Notes: a model not told the origin generated them from the letters alone. Numbered from the stretch's first letter, positions 1 through 9,829 are shown. The stretch is DNA of 64,000 nt from Pseudomonadota bacterium (GCA_023411035.1 JAEYPE010000084.1:132-64131); one strand, 5' to 3'. Program-made: numbers and translations.

Positions 1-1109
1 TCGGTCTCCTCCACGCGGGCCGGATGCACCTCGATGTCCGGGGTGATGCCCAGCGCCTGGATCGACTTGCCGGATGGCGTGTAGTAGCGCGCCGTGGTCA
101 GGCGCATGGCGCCGTGGCCGGGCAGCGGGATGATCGTCTGAACCGAGCCCTTGCCGAAGGACTGGGTGCCCAGGACCAGCGCCCGCTTGTGGTCCTGAAG
201 CGCGCCCGCGACGATCTCGGAGGCCGAGGCCGACCCGCCGTTGACCAGCACCACGACCGGCAGGCCCTTGGCGAGGTCGCCGGGCTTGGCGTTGTAGCGG
301 GTCCCTTCCTCCGCCTTGCGGCCGCGGGTGGAGACGATCTCCCCCTTCTCCAGGAAGGTGTCGGAGACGGACACCGCCTGATCGAGCAGGCCGCCGGGGT
401 TGTTGCGCAGGTCGAGGACATAACCCTTCAGCTTGTCGCCCAACTGCTGCTGGATGGAGGCGATGGCCTTCTCCAGCCCCTGCTGCGTCTGCTCGTTGAA
501 GCTGGTGATGCGGATGTAGCCGATCTCACCCTCGGTGCGGAAGCGGACCGACTGCACCTTGATGACGGCGCGGGTCAGGGTGACCTCGAACGGCTCCCCG
601 GCTTCGCCGCGGCGCACGGTCACCTTGATGTCGCTGCCCACCGGGCCGCGCATCTTTTCCACGGCCTCGTTCAGCGACAGGCCCATCACCGCCTCGCCGT
701 TGAGCTGGATGATCAGGTCGCCCGGCTGCAAGCCGGCGCGGAAGGCCGGGGTGTCGTCGATGGGGGACACGACCTTGATCAGGCCGTTCTCCATCGTCAC
801 CTCGATGCCCAGCCCGCCGAACTCGCCGCGGGTCTGCACCTGCATGTCCTGGAAGCTCTTGCGGTTCAGATAGCTGGAATGCGGGTCGAGCGAGGTCAGC
901 ATTCCGTTGATGGCGGATTCGATGAGCTGCTCGTCCGTCGTCGACTCGACATACTCGGCGCGCACGCGCTCGAAGACATCGCCGAACAGGTTGAGCTGGC
1001 GATAGGTCTCGGAGCTGTTGCCGGTGTTCACCTGCGCGGTGACGGTGGCAACGCCGGCGCCCAGAAACACCAGGGCCGCGGCGGTGGCGGCACGCTTGAC
1101 TATCCTCAT
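1..1109 (-). CDS. ctpA: C-terminal processing (tail-specific, S41) peptidase, 5' part only; the gene runs off the window at position 1
   Basis: Absent from the ORF track because its stop lies outside the window. My reverse-strand translation from ATG 1109-1107 gives MRIVKRAATAAALVFLGAGVATVTAQ...LFGDVFERVRAEYVE...RGEFGGLGIEV...PIDDTPAFRAGLQPGDLI. This is a signal peptide plus PDZ region typical of CtpA. The start abuts the stop of the upstream M23 gene. Confidence 0.8.
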   Translation of the reverse strand, partial: MRIVKRAATAAALVFLGAGVATVTAQVNTGNSSETYRQLNLFGDVFERVRAEYVESTTDEQLIESAINGMLTSLDPHSSYLNRKSFQDMQVQTRGEFGGLGIEVTMENGLIKVVSPIDDTPAFRAGLQPGDLIIQLNGEAVMGLSLNEAVEKMRGPVGSDIKVTVRRGEAGEPFEVTLTRAVIKVQSVRFRTEGEIGYIRITSFNEQTQQGLEKAIASIQQQLGDKLKGYVLDLRNNPGGLLDQAVSVSDTFLEKGEIVSTRGRKAEEGTRYNAKPGDLAKGLPVVVLVNGGSASASEIVAGALQDHKRALVLGTQSFGKGSVQTIIPLPGHGAMRLTTARYYTPSGKSIQALGITPDIEVHPARVEET

Positions 1110-2498
1110 CTACCCTTGTCCTTTCCCCTCCGGGGCGCCGAAACCGCGCTGTGGATTGATCGGCTGTCCGTGACGTCGAAGCTCGAAGTAAAGATCGGGT
1201 GAACCGTCGGTGGGCATAAGGCCAATGGGCTCCCCGGTGGCCACGCGCTTCCCGACGGCCGTGTCGATGCGGCCAAATCCAGCGATGAGACTATGATATC
1301 CATGGCTGTGTTCCACGATCAAGATTTGGCCATAGCCGCGGAACGGCCCCGCGAACGCGATCGTGCCGGCCTGCGGAGACACCACCGTCGAACCGGGGCG
1401 GGCCTGGATGGTGATCCCCCGGCTGGCGGCGCCGTAGCGGTCGGCCTCGCCGTAGCGGACGGTCACCCGGCCTCCCACCGGCAGGCGTTCTCCGGTAGGG
1501 CCGCCGGGCGGACTGTTCGGCGCGGCGCGGGCGGCTCCCGCCTCGGCCCTGGCGCGCTGCTCCGCAAGCCGTTGTTCCGCAAGCCTCTGTTCGGCCAATT
1601 TTTGTTCGGCGGCCTTCTGCTCGGCGAGCTTGCGTTCGGCCTCCCGGCGCTCCGCCTCAAGGCGTTCGGCCTCGCGCTTGGCGGCGGCCGCGGCGGCGGC
1701 GCGGCGCTCGGCCTCGATCCGCTCCATCAACTGGCGCAGGTCGGCGGCCTGACCACTCAGCCGGGCGGTGCGCTGGGCGACCTGAAGCCGGTCCTCCTCC
1801 GTCTGGCGTGACAATTCCTCGCGGCGGGCGACCAGACCGGCGATTTCCTTCCGGCGCTCGATCAGGGTCAGACGGGCGGCGTTGGCGCGGCTGCGCTGGG
1901 CCTCCAGCGACTCGCGCGTCTCGGCCAGCCGGGTCAGCGCCTGGGCCAGCGCGTCGGCACGGGCGCGCAGGGCCGGCACCGTGTCGCGCAGCAGCAGGGC
2001 GGAGCGCAACGTGTCCACCGGCCCGTCCGGGCGGGCCAGCGCCGCTTCCGGAGGGATGCGGGCGACGCGCTGCAGGGCGGCCAGAAGGGCGGCGATCTGC
2101 TGACGCTCGCCCTCCAGCCGCTCGGCCTGGCTGCGCTCCTGCGCCTCCAGCGCCGTCAGGGTCTCTTCGAGGTGGGCGAGGTCGCCTTCCTGCGCCCGTT
2201 CCTGGTCGGCCAGACCGACCAGCCGGTCGCGCAACTCGTCCAGTTCCCTCTGGAGCGTCTGGGACTGGCGTTCGAGCTGCTTCTGAAGGGCCTTGTCGGC
2301 CTGGATGCCCTGCTCCACCCGCTTCAGCGTCTGGCCGGGAGACTCGGTCTGCGCCGTGGCCGCGGCGGGGACGGCGAGTGCGGCGGCCAGGAAAGCCGAC
2401 AGCCAGGGAAACGCCCGTCTCTCCCCCGCGACACGCGGAAAAGAGACGGGGAGGGGGAGCAGAGCAACGCCCGCCGGATGACCGCACCCTGCGCCCAT
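1110..2498 (-). CDS. M23/LytM-family peptidase with long coiled coil (EnvC-like murein hydrolase activator)
   Basis: 462-aa ORF. It has a signal-like segment (FLAAALAVPAAATAQ) and a long Q/E/R/L-rich coiled coil with LAEQ[KR] repeats. The C-terminal M23 domain reads GQILIVEHSHGYHSLIAGF...GEPIG...LYFELR. It lies between gpmI and ctpA, as is usual in alphaproteobacteria. Confidence 0.8.
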   Translation of the reverse strand: MGAGCGHPAGVALLPLPVSFPRVAGERRAFPWLSAFLAAALAVPAAATAQTESPGQTLKRVEQGIQADKALQKQLERQSQTLQRELDELRDRLVGLADQERAQEGDLAHLEETLTALEAQERSQAERLEGERQQIAALLAALQRVARIPPEAALARPDGPVDTLRSALLLRDTVPALRARADALAQALTRLAETRESLEAQRSRANAARLTLIERRKEIAGLVARREELSRQTEEDRLQVAQRTARLSGQAADLRQLMERIEAERRAAAAAAAKREAERLEAERREAERKLAEQKAAEQKLAEQRLAEQRLAEQRARAEAGAARAAPNSPPGGPTGERLPVGGRVTVRYGEADRYGAASRGITIQARPGSTVVSPQAGTIAFAGPFRGYGQILIVEHSHGYHSLIAGFGRIDTAVGKRVATGEPIGLMPTDGSPDLYFELRRHGQPINPQRGFGAPEGKGQG

Positions 2499-2511
2499 GC
2501 CCTGTTCCGCC

Positions 2512-4077
2512 TTATTCCGCGGCGGCCCGCGCGGCGGCGCGGTCGATCAGGCTCTTGCCGGTCATCTCCGCCGGCTGCGGCAGCGTCATCAGGTCCAGCA
2601 GGGTCGGGGCGATGTCGGCCAGACGCCCGCTGCGGATGGCGGACACCCCGGCGGGGCCGTTCACCAGCACCAGCGGCACCTTGTCCAGCGTGTGGGCGGT
2701 GTGCGGGCCGTTGGTCTCCGGGTCCTTCATCAGCTCGCAGTTGCCGTGGTCGGCGGTGACCAGCATCACGCCGCCCTGGGCGCGCACCGCGGCCTCCAGC
2801 CGGCCCAGGCTGGCGTCGACGGCCTCCACCGCCTTGATGGCGGCGGGCAGGATGCCGCTGTGGCCAACCATGTCGGGGTTGGCGTAGTTGATGACGATCA
2901 GGTCGTACTTGCCGCTGTCCACCGCGGCCACAACCTTGTCGGTCACCTCGGCGGCGGACATCTCCGGCTGGAGATCGTAGGTGGCGACCTTCGGAGACGG
3001 CACCAGGATGCGGTCCTCGCCCGGATACACGCGCTCCTCGCCACCGTTGAAGAAGAAGGTGACGTGCGGGTACTTTTCCGTTTCGGCGATGCGCAACTGG
3101 GTCAATCCGGCCTCGCTGACCACTTCTCCCAGCACCTTGGTCAGGGATTTCGGCGGAAAGATGGTCGTCATCAGCTTGGCGAGCGTGGACGAGTATTCGA
3201 CCATGCCCACGGCGGCGGCCAGCTTCGGCACGGCGGCGCGCTCGAACCCGTCGAAGGCCGGGTCCACGAAGGCGGCCAGGATTTCGCGGGCGCGGTCGGC
3301 GCGGAAGTTCGCCATCAGGATGGCGTCGCCGTCCTTCATGCCGGTGTAGCCGTCGATGACGGTCGGCAGGATGAACTCGTCGTGGGTGCCGGCGGCGTAG
3401 CTCCGCTCGATGGCCTGGATCGGGTCGGCGGCCTTCTCGCCCTCGGCGCTCACCAGCGCGGCGTAGGCCTTGGCGACGCGGTCCCAGCGCTTGTCGCGGT
3501 CCATGGCGTAATAGCGCCCGCTGACCGTGGCGACGTTGACGCCGGGCAGGGCATGCACGTCGGCCATGAATTCGGCCATCTGGTCCTTGGCGCTCTGCGG
3601 CGGCACGTCGCGACCGTCGGTGAAGGCATGGATCTCGACCGGAACGCCCTCATGCGACAGCACGCCGGCCAGGGCCGCGATGTGGTCCTGGTGCGAGTGC
3701 ACGCCGCCCGGCGACAGAAGCCCCAGGATGTGGCAGCGCCCGCCCGACGCCAGCAGCGCCTTGGCGAGATCGTTCAGCGCGGCGTTGCGCTCCAGTTCGC
3801 CCTCGACGATGGCGTGGTCGATCATCACCAGATCCTGGCGCACGACGCGGCCGGCGCCCAGGTTCATGTGTCCGACCTCGGAGTTGCCCATCTGGCCCTT
3901 GGGCAGACCGACCTCCTCCTCGCTCGCCTCCAGGAAGGCGTGCGGCTCCGACGACCACAGCCGGTCCCAGTTGGGCGTGTCGCCCTGGGCGATGGCGTTG
4001 TCCTCGCGCTCCTCGCGGTAGCCCCAGCCGTCCAGGATGCACAGCACTACGGGTCGGGGACGATTGGTCTCGGTCAT
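2512..4077 (-). CDS. gpmI: 2,3-bisphosphoglycerate-independent phosphoglycerate mutase
   Basis: iPGM motifs are present: LCILDGWGY, MGNSEVGHMNLGAGR, TADHGNCE. The start is moved to ATG 4077 (MTETN), which has AGGAG just upstream. The tracked ORF starts at 4089. Confidence 0.9.
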   Translation of the reverse strand: MTETNRPRPVVLCILDGWGYREEREDNAIAQGDTPNWDRLWSSEPHAFLEASEEEVGLPKGQMGNSEVGHMNLGAGRVVRQDLVMIDHAIVEGELERNAALNDLAKALLASGGRCHILGLLSPGGVHSHQDHIAALAGVLSHEGVPVEIHAFTDGRDVPPQSAKDQMAEFMADVHALPGVNVATVSGRYYAMDRDKRWDRVAKAYAALVSAEGEKAADPIQAIERSYAAGTHDEFILPTVIDGYTGMKDGDAILMANFRADRAREILAAFVDPAFDGFERAAVPKLAAAVGMVEYSSTLAKLMTTIFPPKSLTKVLGEVVSEAGLTQLRIAETEKYPHVTFFFNGGEERVYPGEDRILVPSPKVATYDLQPEMSAAEVTDKVVAAVDSGKYDLIVINYANPDMVGHSGILPAAIKAVEAVDASLGRLEAAVRAQGGVMLVTADHGNCELMKDPETNGPHTAHTLDKVPLVLVNGPAGVSAIRSGRLADIAPTLLDLMTLPQPAEMTGKSLIDRAAARAAAE

Positions 4078-4129
4078 CACGCTCCTCATACGCCTGTCAC
4101 GGTCGGGTTGCGGCTCTCGGTCGAACTTT

Positions 4130-4163
4130 CCGCCACCAGCGTTCTGGTGGCGGGTGTTTTTCT
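4130..4163 (+). terminator. GC-rich hairpin with T-tract on the + strand, between rlmH stop and gpmI start
   Basis: Sequence is CCGCCACCAG-cgtt-CTGGTGGCGG followed by GTGTTTTTCT. Both flanking genes are on the minus strand, where the hairpin lacks a U-tract, so its role is unresolved. Confidence 0.35.
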
Positions 4164-4240
4164 ACGCGCAAATCGCCTTGGGCCGGATCAGAAAATGGCA
4201 CGCCCTCACACACGCGCAATGGGCATCCGCACAATGGCGG

Positions 4241-4699
4241 TCATGCACGGTGATAGGGGTGTCCGGCCAGAATTTGCTGGGCACGGTAGATTTGCTCCGC
4301 CAACATGCCTCGCACCAGCATATGGGGCCATGTCATGGCGCCCAGGGCCAAAAGAAAATCGGCGCGCGCCCGCACGGCGTCGCCGTGGCCGTCCGCCCCG
4401 CCGATCAGGAAGGCGATGTCGCCCGCCCCCTGGTCCCGCCAGCCGCCGATCTTCGCGGCGAAGGCTTCGCTGGTGATGGTCTTGCCGCGCTCGTCCAGGG
4501 CCACGACGACGGCCCCGGCGGGGATGGCGGCCAGCAGAAGCTCCGCCTCCTGCCGCTTCAGCTCGTCCGAGGTCAGGCGTTTCTTCACCTCGACCTCGCG
4601 CAGCGTCAGCGGCCAGGACAGGCGGCCCGCATACTCTTCATAGAGATCGCGCGCCGGACCGGTCCGTGACCGCCCAACCGCGGCAAGCCACAGACGCAT
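4241..4699 (-). CDS. rlmH: 23S rRNA (pseudouridine1915-N3)-methyltransferase RlmH (SPOUT)
   Basis: 152 aa with the RlmH-like C-terminus [51 protein letters not shown]. It sits in the conserved nadD-rsfS-rlmH order. Confidence 0.85.
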   Translation of the reverse strand: MRLWLAAVGRSRTGPARDLYEEYAGRLSWPLTLREVEVKKRLTSDELKRQEAELLLAAIPAGAVVVALDERGKTITSEAFAAKIGGWRDQGAGDIAFLIGGADGHGDAVRARADFLLALGAMTWPHMLVRGMLAEQIYRAQQILAGHPYHRA

Positions 4700-4751
4700 C
4701 GGTCCGACTCCCCCTCGTTTCCCGCTCGACTCTCGTCCCGGTGTTCGTCCG

Positions 4752-5186
4752 TCAGGCGCTCATGCGCTCGGCGGAGGGCCGCGGCGTCTCCAGACCCCAC
4801 ATCTTCTCGATGTTGTAGAAGGTCCGGACTTCCGGGCGGAACAGGTGGACGATGACGTCCCCGGCATCGACCAGAACCCAGTCGCACTGGGCCAAGCCCT
4901 CGACCTCGACGCCGCGCAGGCCGGACTGCTTCAGCCGGTCGGCCAGCTTCATGGCCATGGCGGCGATGTGCCGGGTGTTGCGGCCCGACGCCACGATCAT
5001 GTAGTCGGCGATGCTGGTCTTGCCGGCAAGGTCGATGACGACGACGTCTTCGGCCTGATCGTCGTCCAGGGACTTTTCGACGAGCGCCTTCAGTTCGTCC
5101 GGCTGGGGAACGGGCGCGGGCCGCACAACGGGCGCGGCCGGTTCGATGAACGTGTTGATGGTACCCACCTCGCGATACAGGGTCAC
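4752..5186 (-). CDS. rsfS: ribosome silencing factor RsfS (iojap family)
   Basis: The C-terminal 144 aa of tracked ORF 4752..5411 carry [26 protein letters not shown]...[14 protein letters not shown]...FYNIEKMW. The start is set to GTG 5186, which overlaps the nadD stop (GTGA). The upstream part of the tracked ORF overlaps nadD out of frame. Confidence 0.8.
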   Translation of the reverse strand: MTLYREVGTINTFIEPAAPVVRPAPVPQPDELKALVEKSLDDDQAEDVVVIDLAGKTSIADYMIVASGRNTRHIAAMAMKLADRLKQSGLRGVEVEGLAQCDWVLVDAGDVIVHLFRPEVRTFYNIEKMWGLETPRPSAERMSA

Positions 5187-5797
5187 GACCCGCTGGCACG
5201 TGCCCGGCGGATCGCCGTCGCCGAAGCCGGATGCAGCGGGTTGCGGAGGAAGATCCAGGCCGGCGTTTCGGAGCCGGCCAACCCCTTGGCCCTGTGCATG
5301 CTCACCCGGCGACGGGCATAGCGCTGAGCGGCTATGCCACCAAGCGCCCCTATAGAATAAGTTGGACGGGCGAGAACTGCAACCGGCACCAGTCGGAAGA
5401 TCCGTGTCCAATGCCGCCAGCGGGGGATTTGCCGAAGATTGTCCGCCCCCATCAGCCAGACGAAGTGCGTTTTCGGGAAGCGGCGCGTCAGCGCGGCAAG
5501 CGTGTCGGCGGTGTAGCGGGTGCCTAGCTCCCGCTCGATGGCGGTGATCCGGATGGCCGGGTGGCGGGCGGTGCGCCGGGCCTCATCCAGCCGGTCGGCG
5601 AGCGGCGCCATGCCCTTCACTGGCTTCAGCGGGTTCTGCGGGCTGACCAGCCACCACACCTGATCGAGCCCCAGCGCCTTCAGCGCGTACAGGCTGATGT
5701 GCCGGTGTCCCGCGTGCGCCGGGTTGAACGACCCGCCGAGCAGCCCGATGCGCAGGCCCGCGTGGAGGGGGCCGGAGTAGCGGTTGGGGAGCGTCAA
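5183..5797 (-). CDS. nadD: nicotinate-nucleotide adenylyltransferase
   Basis: GLLGGSFNPAHAGHRHIS (HxGH nucleotidyltransferase motif) and WWLVSPQNPLK are present. The first ~37 codons of the tracked ORF (to 5908) are a read-through of the REP element. The start is tentatively TTG 5797 and remains uncertain. Confidence 0.75.
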   Translation of the reverse strand: MTLPNRYSGPLHAGLRIGLLGGSFNPAHAGHRHISLYALKALGLDQVWWLVSPQNPLKPVKGMAPLADRLDEARRTARHPAIRITAIERELGTRYTADTLAALTRRFPKTHFVWLMGADNLRQIPRWRHWTRIFRLVPVAVLARPTYSIGALGGIAAQRYARRRVSMHRAKGLAGSETPAWIFLRNPLHPASATAIRRARASGS

Positions 5798-5798
5798 T

Positions 5799-5903
5799 GC
5801 CCCCTCCCCAACCCTCCCCCGCCGGCGGCGAGGGAGGGGGCAAGCAGCGCTCCGCCCAATCCCCCTCTCCCGCGCAGCGGGGGAGGGCCGGGGAGGGGGC
5901 AGG
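5799..5903. repeat. REP-like G/C-rich composite palindromic element, copy A
   Basis: GCCCCCTCCCCAACCCTCCCCCGCCGGCGGCGAGGGAGGGGGCAA...CCCCCTCTCCCGCGCAGCGGGGGAGGGCCGGGGAGGGGGCAGG. It is near-identical to 33009..33098 and related to 38255..38296. It is intergenic between the proA stop and the nadD start. Confidence 0.8.
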
Positions 5904-5911
5904 CGCAACCC

Positions 5912-7192
5912 TCAGGGCCGCGTCTGGCCATCGCCGCGCACGACATACTTGTAGCTGGTGAGCTGCTCCGCACCCACCGGGCCGCGGGCGTGGAACTTGT
6001 CGGTGGAGATGCCGATCTCCGCCCCCATGCCGAACTCGCCGCCGTCGGCGAACTGGGTGCTGGCGTTCCACAGGACGATGCCGCTGTCGATGCGCTGGAG
6101 GAAACGCTCCGCCGCCGCCGGGTCCTCGGTCACGATGGCGTCGGTGTGGTGGGAGCCGTGGCGGTTGATGTGGTCGATCGCTCCGTCCACCCCGTCCACC
6201 ACGCCGCAGGCGATGATGGCGTCCAGATACTCGGTGTCCCAATCCTCGGGCGCCACCGCCATCACCCGCGGGTCGGCGGCCTGGGCGGCCTCGTCGCCGC
6301 GGATGGCGCAGCCGGCGTCCAGCAGGTCCTTCACGAGCACCGGCAGAACGGCGTCGGCGATCTTGCGGTCAACCAGCAGCGTTTCGGCGGCGCCGCAGAT
6401 GGATGTGCGGCGCATCTTGGCGTTCATCACCACCTTGCGCGTCTTTTCCAGGTCGGCGCCGGCATCGACATAGACGGTGTTGTTGCCGTCCAGATGCTTG
6501 ATGACCGGGATGCGGCTTTCCTCGGCGATGCGCTGGATCAGCGACTTGCCGCCGCGCGGGACGATCACGTCGATGAAGTCGCGCATGGTCAGCATGTGGC
6601 CGACCGCCGCCCGGTCCGTGGTGGGGACGAGCTGGACGGCGGCTTCCGGCAGGCCGGCGGCCCGCAGCCCATCGGCCAGACAGGCGGCGATGGCGCGCGA
6701 GGAACGGATGCTCTCCGATCCGCCGCGCAGGATGGCCGCGTTGCCCGACTTCAGGCAGAGGCCGCCGGCATCGGCGGTCACGTTGGGACGGCTCTCATAG
6801 ATGATGCCGATCACGCCCAGCGGCACGCGCACGCGCTGGATGAGCAGCCCGTTGGGGCGGGTCCATTCGGCGATGACGCCGCCGATGGGATCGGGGAAGT
6901 CGGCGATGTCCTCCAGCCCCTTGGCCATCGCCTCGATGCGGGCGTCGTTCAGGGCAAGCCGCTCGATCATGGGACCGGCGAGGCCGCGTTCCCTGGCGGC
7001 GGCCACGTCCTCGTCGTTCGCCGCCTGGATCTCCGCCTTGCGGGCGCGGATCGCGGCGGCCGCCGCCCTCAACGCCTGATCCTTCGACGGGCTTGGCACG
7101 GTCGCCAGCTCCGCCGCGGCGGCGCGGGCGGCGCGGCCGAGGGCGAGCATCTGATCGTGCAAGGCGTCGTTGGTTTCAAGCAGGGCGGACAT
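5912..7192 (-). CDS. proA: gamma-glutamyl phosphate reductase
   Basis: Aldehyde-dehydrogenase-type ProA sequence: [58 protein letters not shown]. The start is set to ATG 7192 (MSALLETND). Confidence 0.9.
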   Translation of the reverse strand: MSALLETNDALHDQMLALGRAARAAAAELATVPSPSKDQALRAAAAAIRARKAEIQAANDEDVAAARERGLAGPMIERLALNDARIEAMAKGLEDIADFPDPIGGVIAEWTRPNGLLIQRVRVPLGVIGIIYESRPNVTADAGGLCLKSGNAAILRGGSESIRSSRAIAACLADGLRAAGLPEAAVQLVPTTDRAAVGHMLTMRDFIDVIVPRGGKSLIQRIAEESRIPVIKHLDGNNTVYVDAGADLEKTRKVVMNAKMRRTSICGAAETLLVDRKIADAVLPVLVKDLLDAGCAIRGDEAAQAADPRVMAVAPEDWDTEYLDAIIACGVVDGVDGAIDHINRHGSHHTDAIVTEDPAAAERFLQRIDSGIVLWNASTQFADGGEFGMGAEIGISTDKFHARGPVGAEQLTSYKYVVRGDGQTRP

Positions 7193-7401
7193 CGGTCTCA
7201 CTCCAGTGGCATCTGCCGATTGAAAAGGGGCGATTGAAAAGGGGCGATTGGAAAGGGGCAGAACCATAGCCGATCCCGCGCCCCCGCGAAAGCCATGCCG
7301 GTTACGCCGAAAATCCGATTGGAATACTCAACAATCCGTATGGGCCGCGGTCGATTGCGAAGGTAGCGTTTCCTCCTGCGCAATCGATGAGGGAGAGCCC
7401 C

Positions 7402-8256
7402 ATGTTCCGGCTTGTGCGCCGCGGCAGCGTCGCCGCGTGCCTGCTGTTGCCCTGCATCATCGCGACGGCCTGGGCCGAGACGCCCCTGGAGCGCGGGCGC
7501 GCGCTGGTCAACGGGATCGCCGCCTGCGGCAATTGCCACACCCCGCAGGGGCCGGGCGGTCCGGTGGCGGGGATGGAGATGGCCGGCGGCACGCCCTTCG
7601 TGGAGGAGCCTTTCACCGCCTATGCCCCCAACATCACGCCGGACCCGGACACCGGAATCGGGCGCTGGACCGACGGGCAACTGATCGCCGCCATCCGCGA
7701 GGGCAAGCGCCCCGACGGCAGCCTGATCGGCCCGCCGATGCCCTTCGGCTTCTACCGCGGCCTGTCGGATGGGGACCTGCGCGCCATCGTGGCCTATCTG
7801 CGCAGCGTGCCGCCGGTGCGCAACGCCGTGCCGAAGTCCGAATACCGCATGGCGCTGCCCGCCGCCTATGGCCCGCCGGTGGGGACAGTGGCGGAGGTGC
7901 CGCGTGCGGACCCGGTGGCCTACGGCGCGTACATGGCCGGACCGCTCGGCCACTGCATGGAATGCCACACGCCGATGCTGCCGGACGGGCGGCTGGACAT
8001 GACCCGCGCGGGCGTGGGCGGGCGGAGCTTCGCCGGACCCTGGGGCACCACCGTGTCCCGCAACATCACGCAGGATAAGGAACACGGGTTGGGCACCTGG
8101 ACCGACGCGGAGATCCGCAAGGCCATCACCGAGGGGGTGCGCCCGGACGGCAGCCGTCTGAGCCCGCCCATGGGCTATCACTATTACAAGACCATGAGCG
8201 ACGGCGAGTTGGGCGCTTTGGTGGCATACCTCCGCACGCTTCCACCGAACCGCTAG
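7402..8256 (+). CDS. dihaem c-type cytochrome (periplasmic)
   Basis: Two CxxCH haem-binding motifs (CGNCH, CMECH) and a signal peptide (VAACLLLPCIIATAWA). The start is moved to ATG 7402, which follows a GAGGGAGAG ribosome-binding site. Confidence 0.8.
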   Translation: MFRLVRRGSVAACLLLPCIIATAWAETPLERGRALVNGIAACGNCHTPQGPGGPVAGMEMAGGTPFVEEPFTAYAPNITPDPDTGIGRWTDGQLIAAIREGKRPDGSLIGPPMPFGFYRGLSDGDLRAIVAYLRSVPPVRNAVPKSEYRMALPAAYGPPVGTVAEVPRADPVAYGAYMAGPLGHCMECHTPMLPDGRLDMTRAGVGGRSFAGPWGTTVSRNITQDKEHGLGTWTDAEIRKAITEGVRPDGSRLSPPMGYHYYKTMSDGELGALVAYLRTLPPNR

Positions 8257-8359
8257 ACCCCATCGGTTGTGCGTGAAATTCCGCGCCGCCGAAAACGCAG
8301 TACCGTAAGCCTCAGCAAAAAGGCATAGTCCGCGGGCTTTTTCTTCCTGCCTCCGGATC

Positions 8360-9112
8360 GTGTTTCCCATGCTGACCTTGCTGCTGATCGTCTCCGCCTT
8401 CTTCGCGGGCGTGCTCAACGCCGTGGCCGGTGGCGGCAGCTTCCTGACCTTCCCCGCGCTCATCATGGCCGGGGTGCCGCCGCTGAACGCCAACGCGACC
8501 AGCACGGTGGCGGTGTCGCCGGGCGCTTTCGCCAGCGCCTACGGCTATCGACGGGAATTGGGGCGGATCAAGGAAATCAATCTGCCGGCCTTCCTGGGCG
8601 TCAGCCTGATCGGCGGTCTGCTGGGAGCGCTGCTGCTGCTGTGGACGCCGCAGCGCACCTTCGAGATCATCGTGCCCTGGCTGCTGCTGTTCGCGACGGT
8701 GCTGTTCGCCTTCGGCCCGAAGGTGTCGGCCTACGTCCGCCGCAACTTCAAGGTCGGGCACGGCGCGGTGCTGATCGTGCAGTTCTTCATCGCCGTCTAC
8801 GGCGGCTATTTCGGCGGGGGAATCGGCATCCTGATCCTGGCGACGCTGGGCGTCTTCGGCTTGACCGACCTGCACGCGATGAACGGACTGAAGGCGCTGG
8901 TGTCCGGCTGCCTGAACGCGGTGGCGGTGGTGGCCTTCGTCTTCGGCGGCGCCGTCTATTGGAACGAGGCGCTGATCATGCTGGTGGCCGCCGTGGCCGG
9001 CGGCTATGCCGGGGCCGCCGTCGCCCGCCACATCCCGCCGCCGATCCTGCGCAAGTTCGTGATCGTGGTGGGCGTGGCGATGACGGCCTATTTCTTCTTC
9101 ACCAAGGGGTGA
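8360..9112 (+). CDS. TauE/SafE (TSUP) family anion exporter membrane protein
   Basis: 250-aa polytopic membrane protein. The N-terminus FFAGVLNAVAGGGSFLTFPAL and the repeated G-rich helices are typical of the TSUP family. Confidence 0.75.
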   Translation: MFPMLTLLLIVSAFFAGVLNAVAGGGSFLTFPALIMAGVPPLNANATSTVAVSPGAFASAYGYRRELGRIKEINLPAFLGVSLIGGLLGALLLLWTPQRTFEIIVPWLLLFATVLFAFGPKVSAYVRRNFKVGHGAVLIVQFFIAVYGGYFGGGIGILILATLGVFGLTDLHAMNGLKALVSGCLNAVAVVAFVFGGAVYWNEALIMLVAAVAGGYAGAAVARHIPPPILRKFVIVVGVAMTAYFFFTKG

Positions 9113-9149
9113 CCGAGAGGGCGGGCGGCGGTCAGGCCGATCGGTCGGG

Positions 9150-9829
9150 TCAGTCCGCCGCCATGCGCTCGGCAAGGACGCACAGGCCGTCCCAGTCCAG
9201 CGCCGCCGGGTCCTCCACCACATGGTCGGCGGCTTCGAACAGCAGGTCGGCGTGCTGGGGCCAGGCGATGGTCAGCATCCCGGCGGCCTTGGCGGAGCGG
9301 GCGCCGGTGGGGCTGTCCTCGATCACCGCGCAGGCCGCGGGCGGCACGCCCAGGCGGAGGGCCGCGGTCAGGTAGGGTTCGGGGTCCGGCTTGCCGTTGG
9401 TCACGTCGTCGCGGCTGAGGCCGAAGAGGAAATGCGGGCTGCCGATGTGGCGCAGGTTGGCCTCCACCACCCGGCGCCCGCTGTTCGACACGCAGGCCTG
9501 GAGCAGCCCGCGCCCGGCGAAGGCGTCCACCAACGCCAGGGCGCCGGCCCGCGCCTCCACCTCCGCGATGCGCTCCAGATAGAGGTCGGTGATGGCGTCC
9601 GCCCATTCCCGGAAGGTCAGGGCCATAGGCCGGGCGGCGTGCAGCCGCGCGTAGAGGTCCGGGAAGGCGACGCCCAGCGTGGCCGCGTAGTCCTGGTCGG
9701 AGAACTCGTGGCCGTGCAGGCGGCAGACCGCGATGGTGGCGCGCTGGTGCCAGGGCTCGCTGTCCAGAAGCGTGCCGTCGATGTCCCACAGGATGGCCCG
9801 CAGGGGCGGGCGGCCCGGATTCGAGCCGC

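Noticed and set aside
24-1202. 392-aa + strand ORF covering the start of the window
   Set aside because: It is antisense to a clear CtpA-coding frame. The protein is a low-complexity A/G/R/L/D-rich product typical of high-GC shadow ORFs, with no motif.
2497-4476. 659-aa + strand ORF
   Set aside because: It is antisense to gpmI and runs through intergenic DNA into rlmH. It has shadow-ORF composition (G/A/R/H/V-rich).
5799-5903. Possible CRISPR array, given the recurring GGGGAGGGG-type repeats
   Set aside because: The copies are tens of kb apart, are internally palindromic and have no regular repeat-spacer periodicity or cas genes. They are REP-like elements.
5561-7237. 558-aa + strand ORF
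   Set aside because: It is antisense to nadD and proA and crosses the REP element. No domain is present.
7198-8505. 435-aa minus-strand ORF
   Set aside because: It is antisense to the dihaem cytochrome c gene, whose CxxCH motifs and signal peptide identify the real frame.
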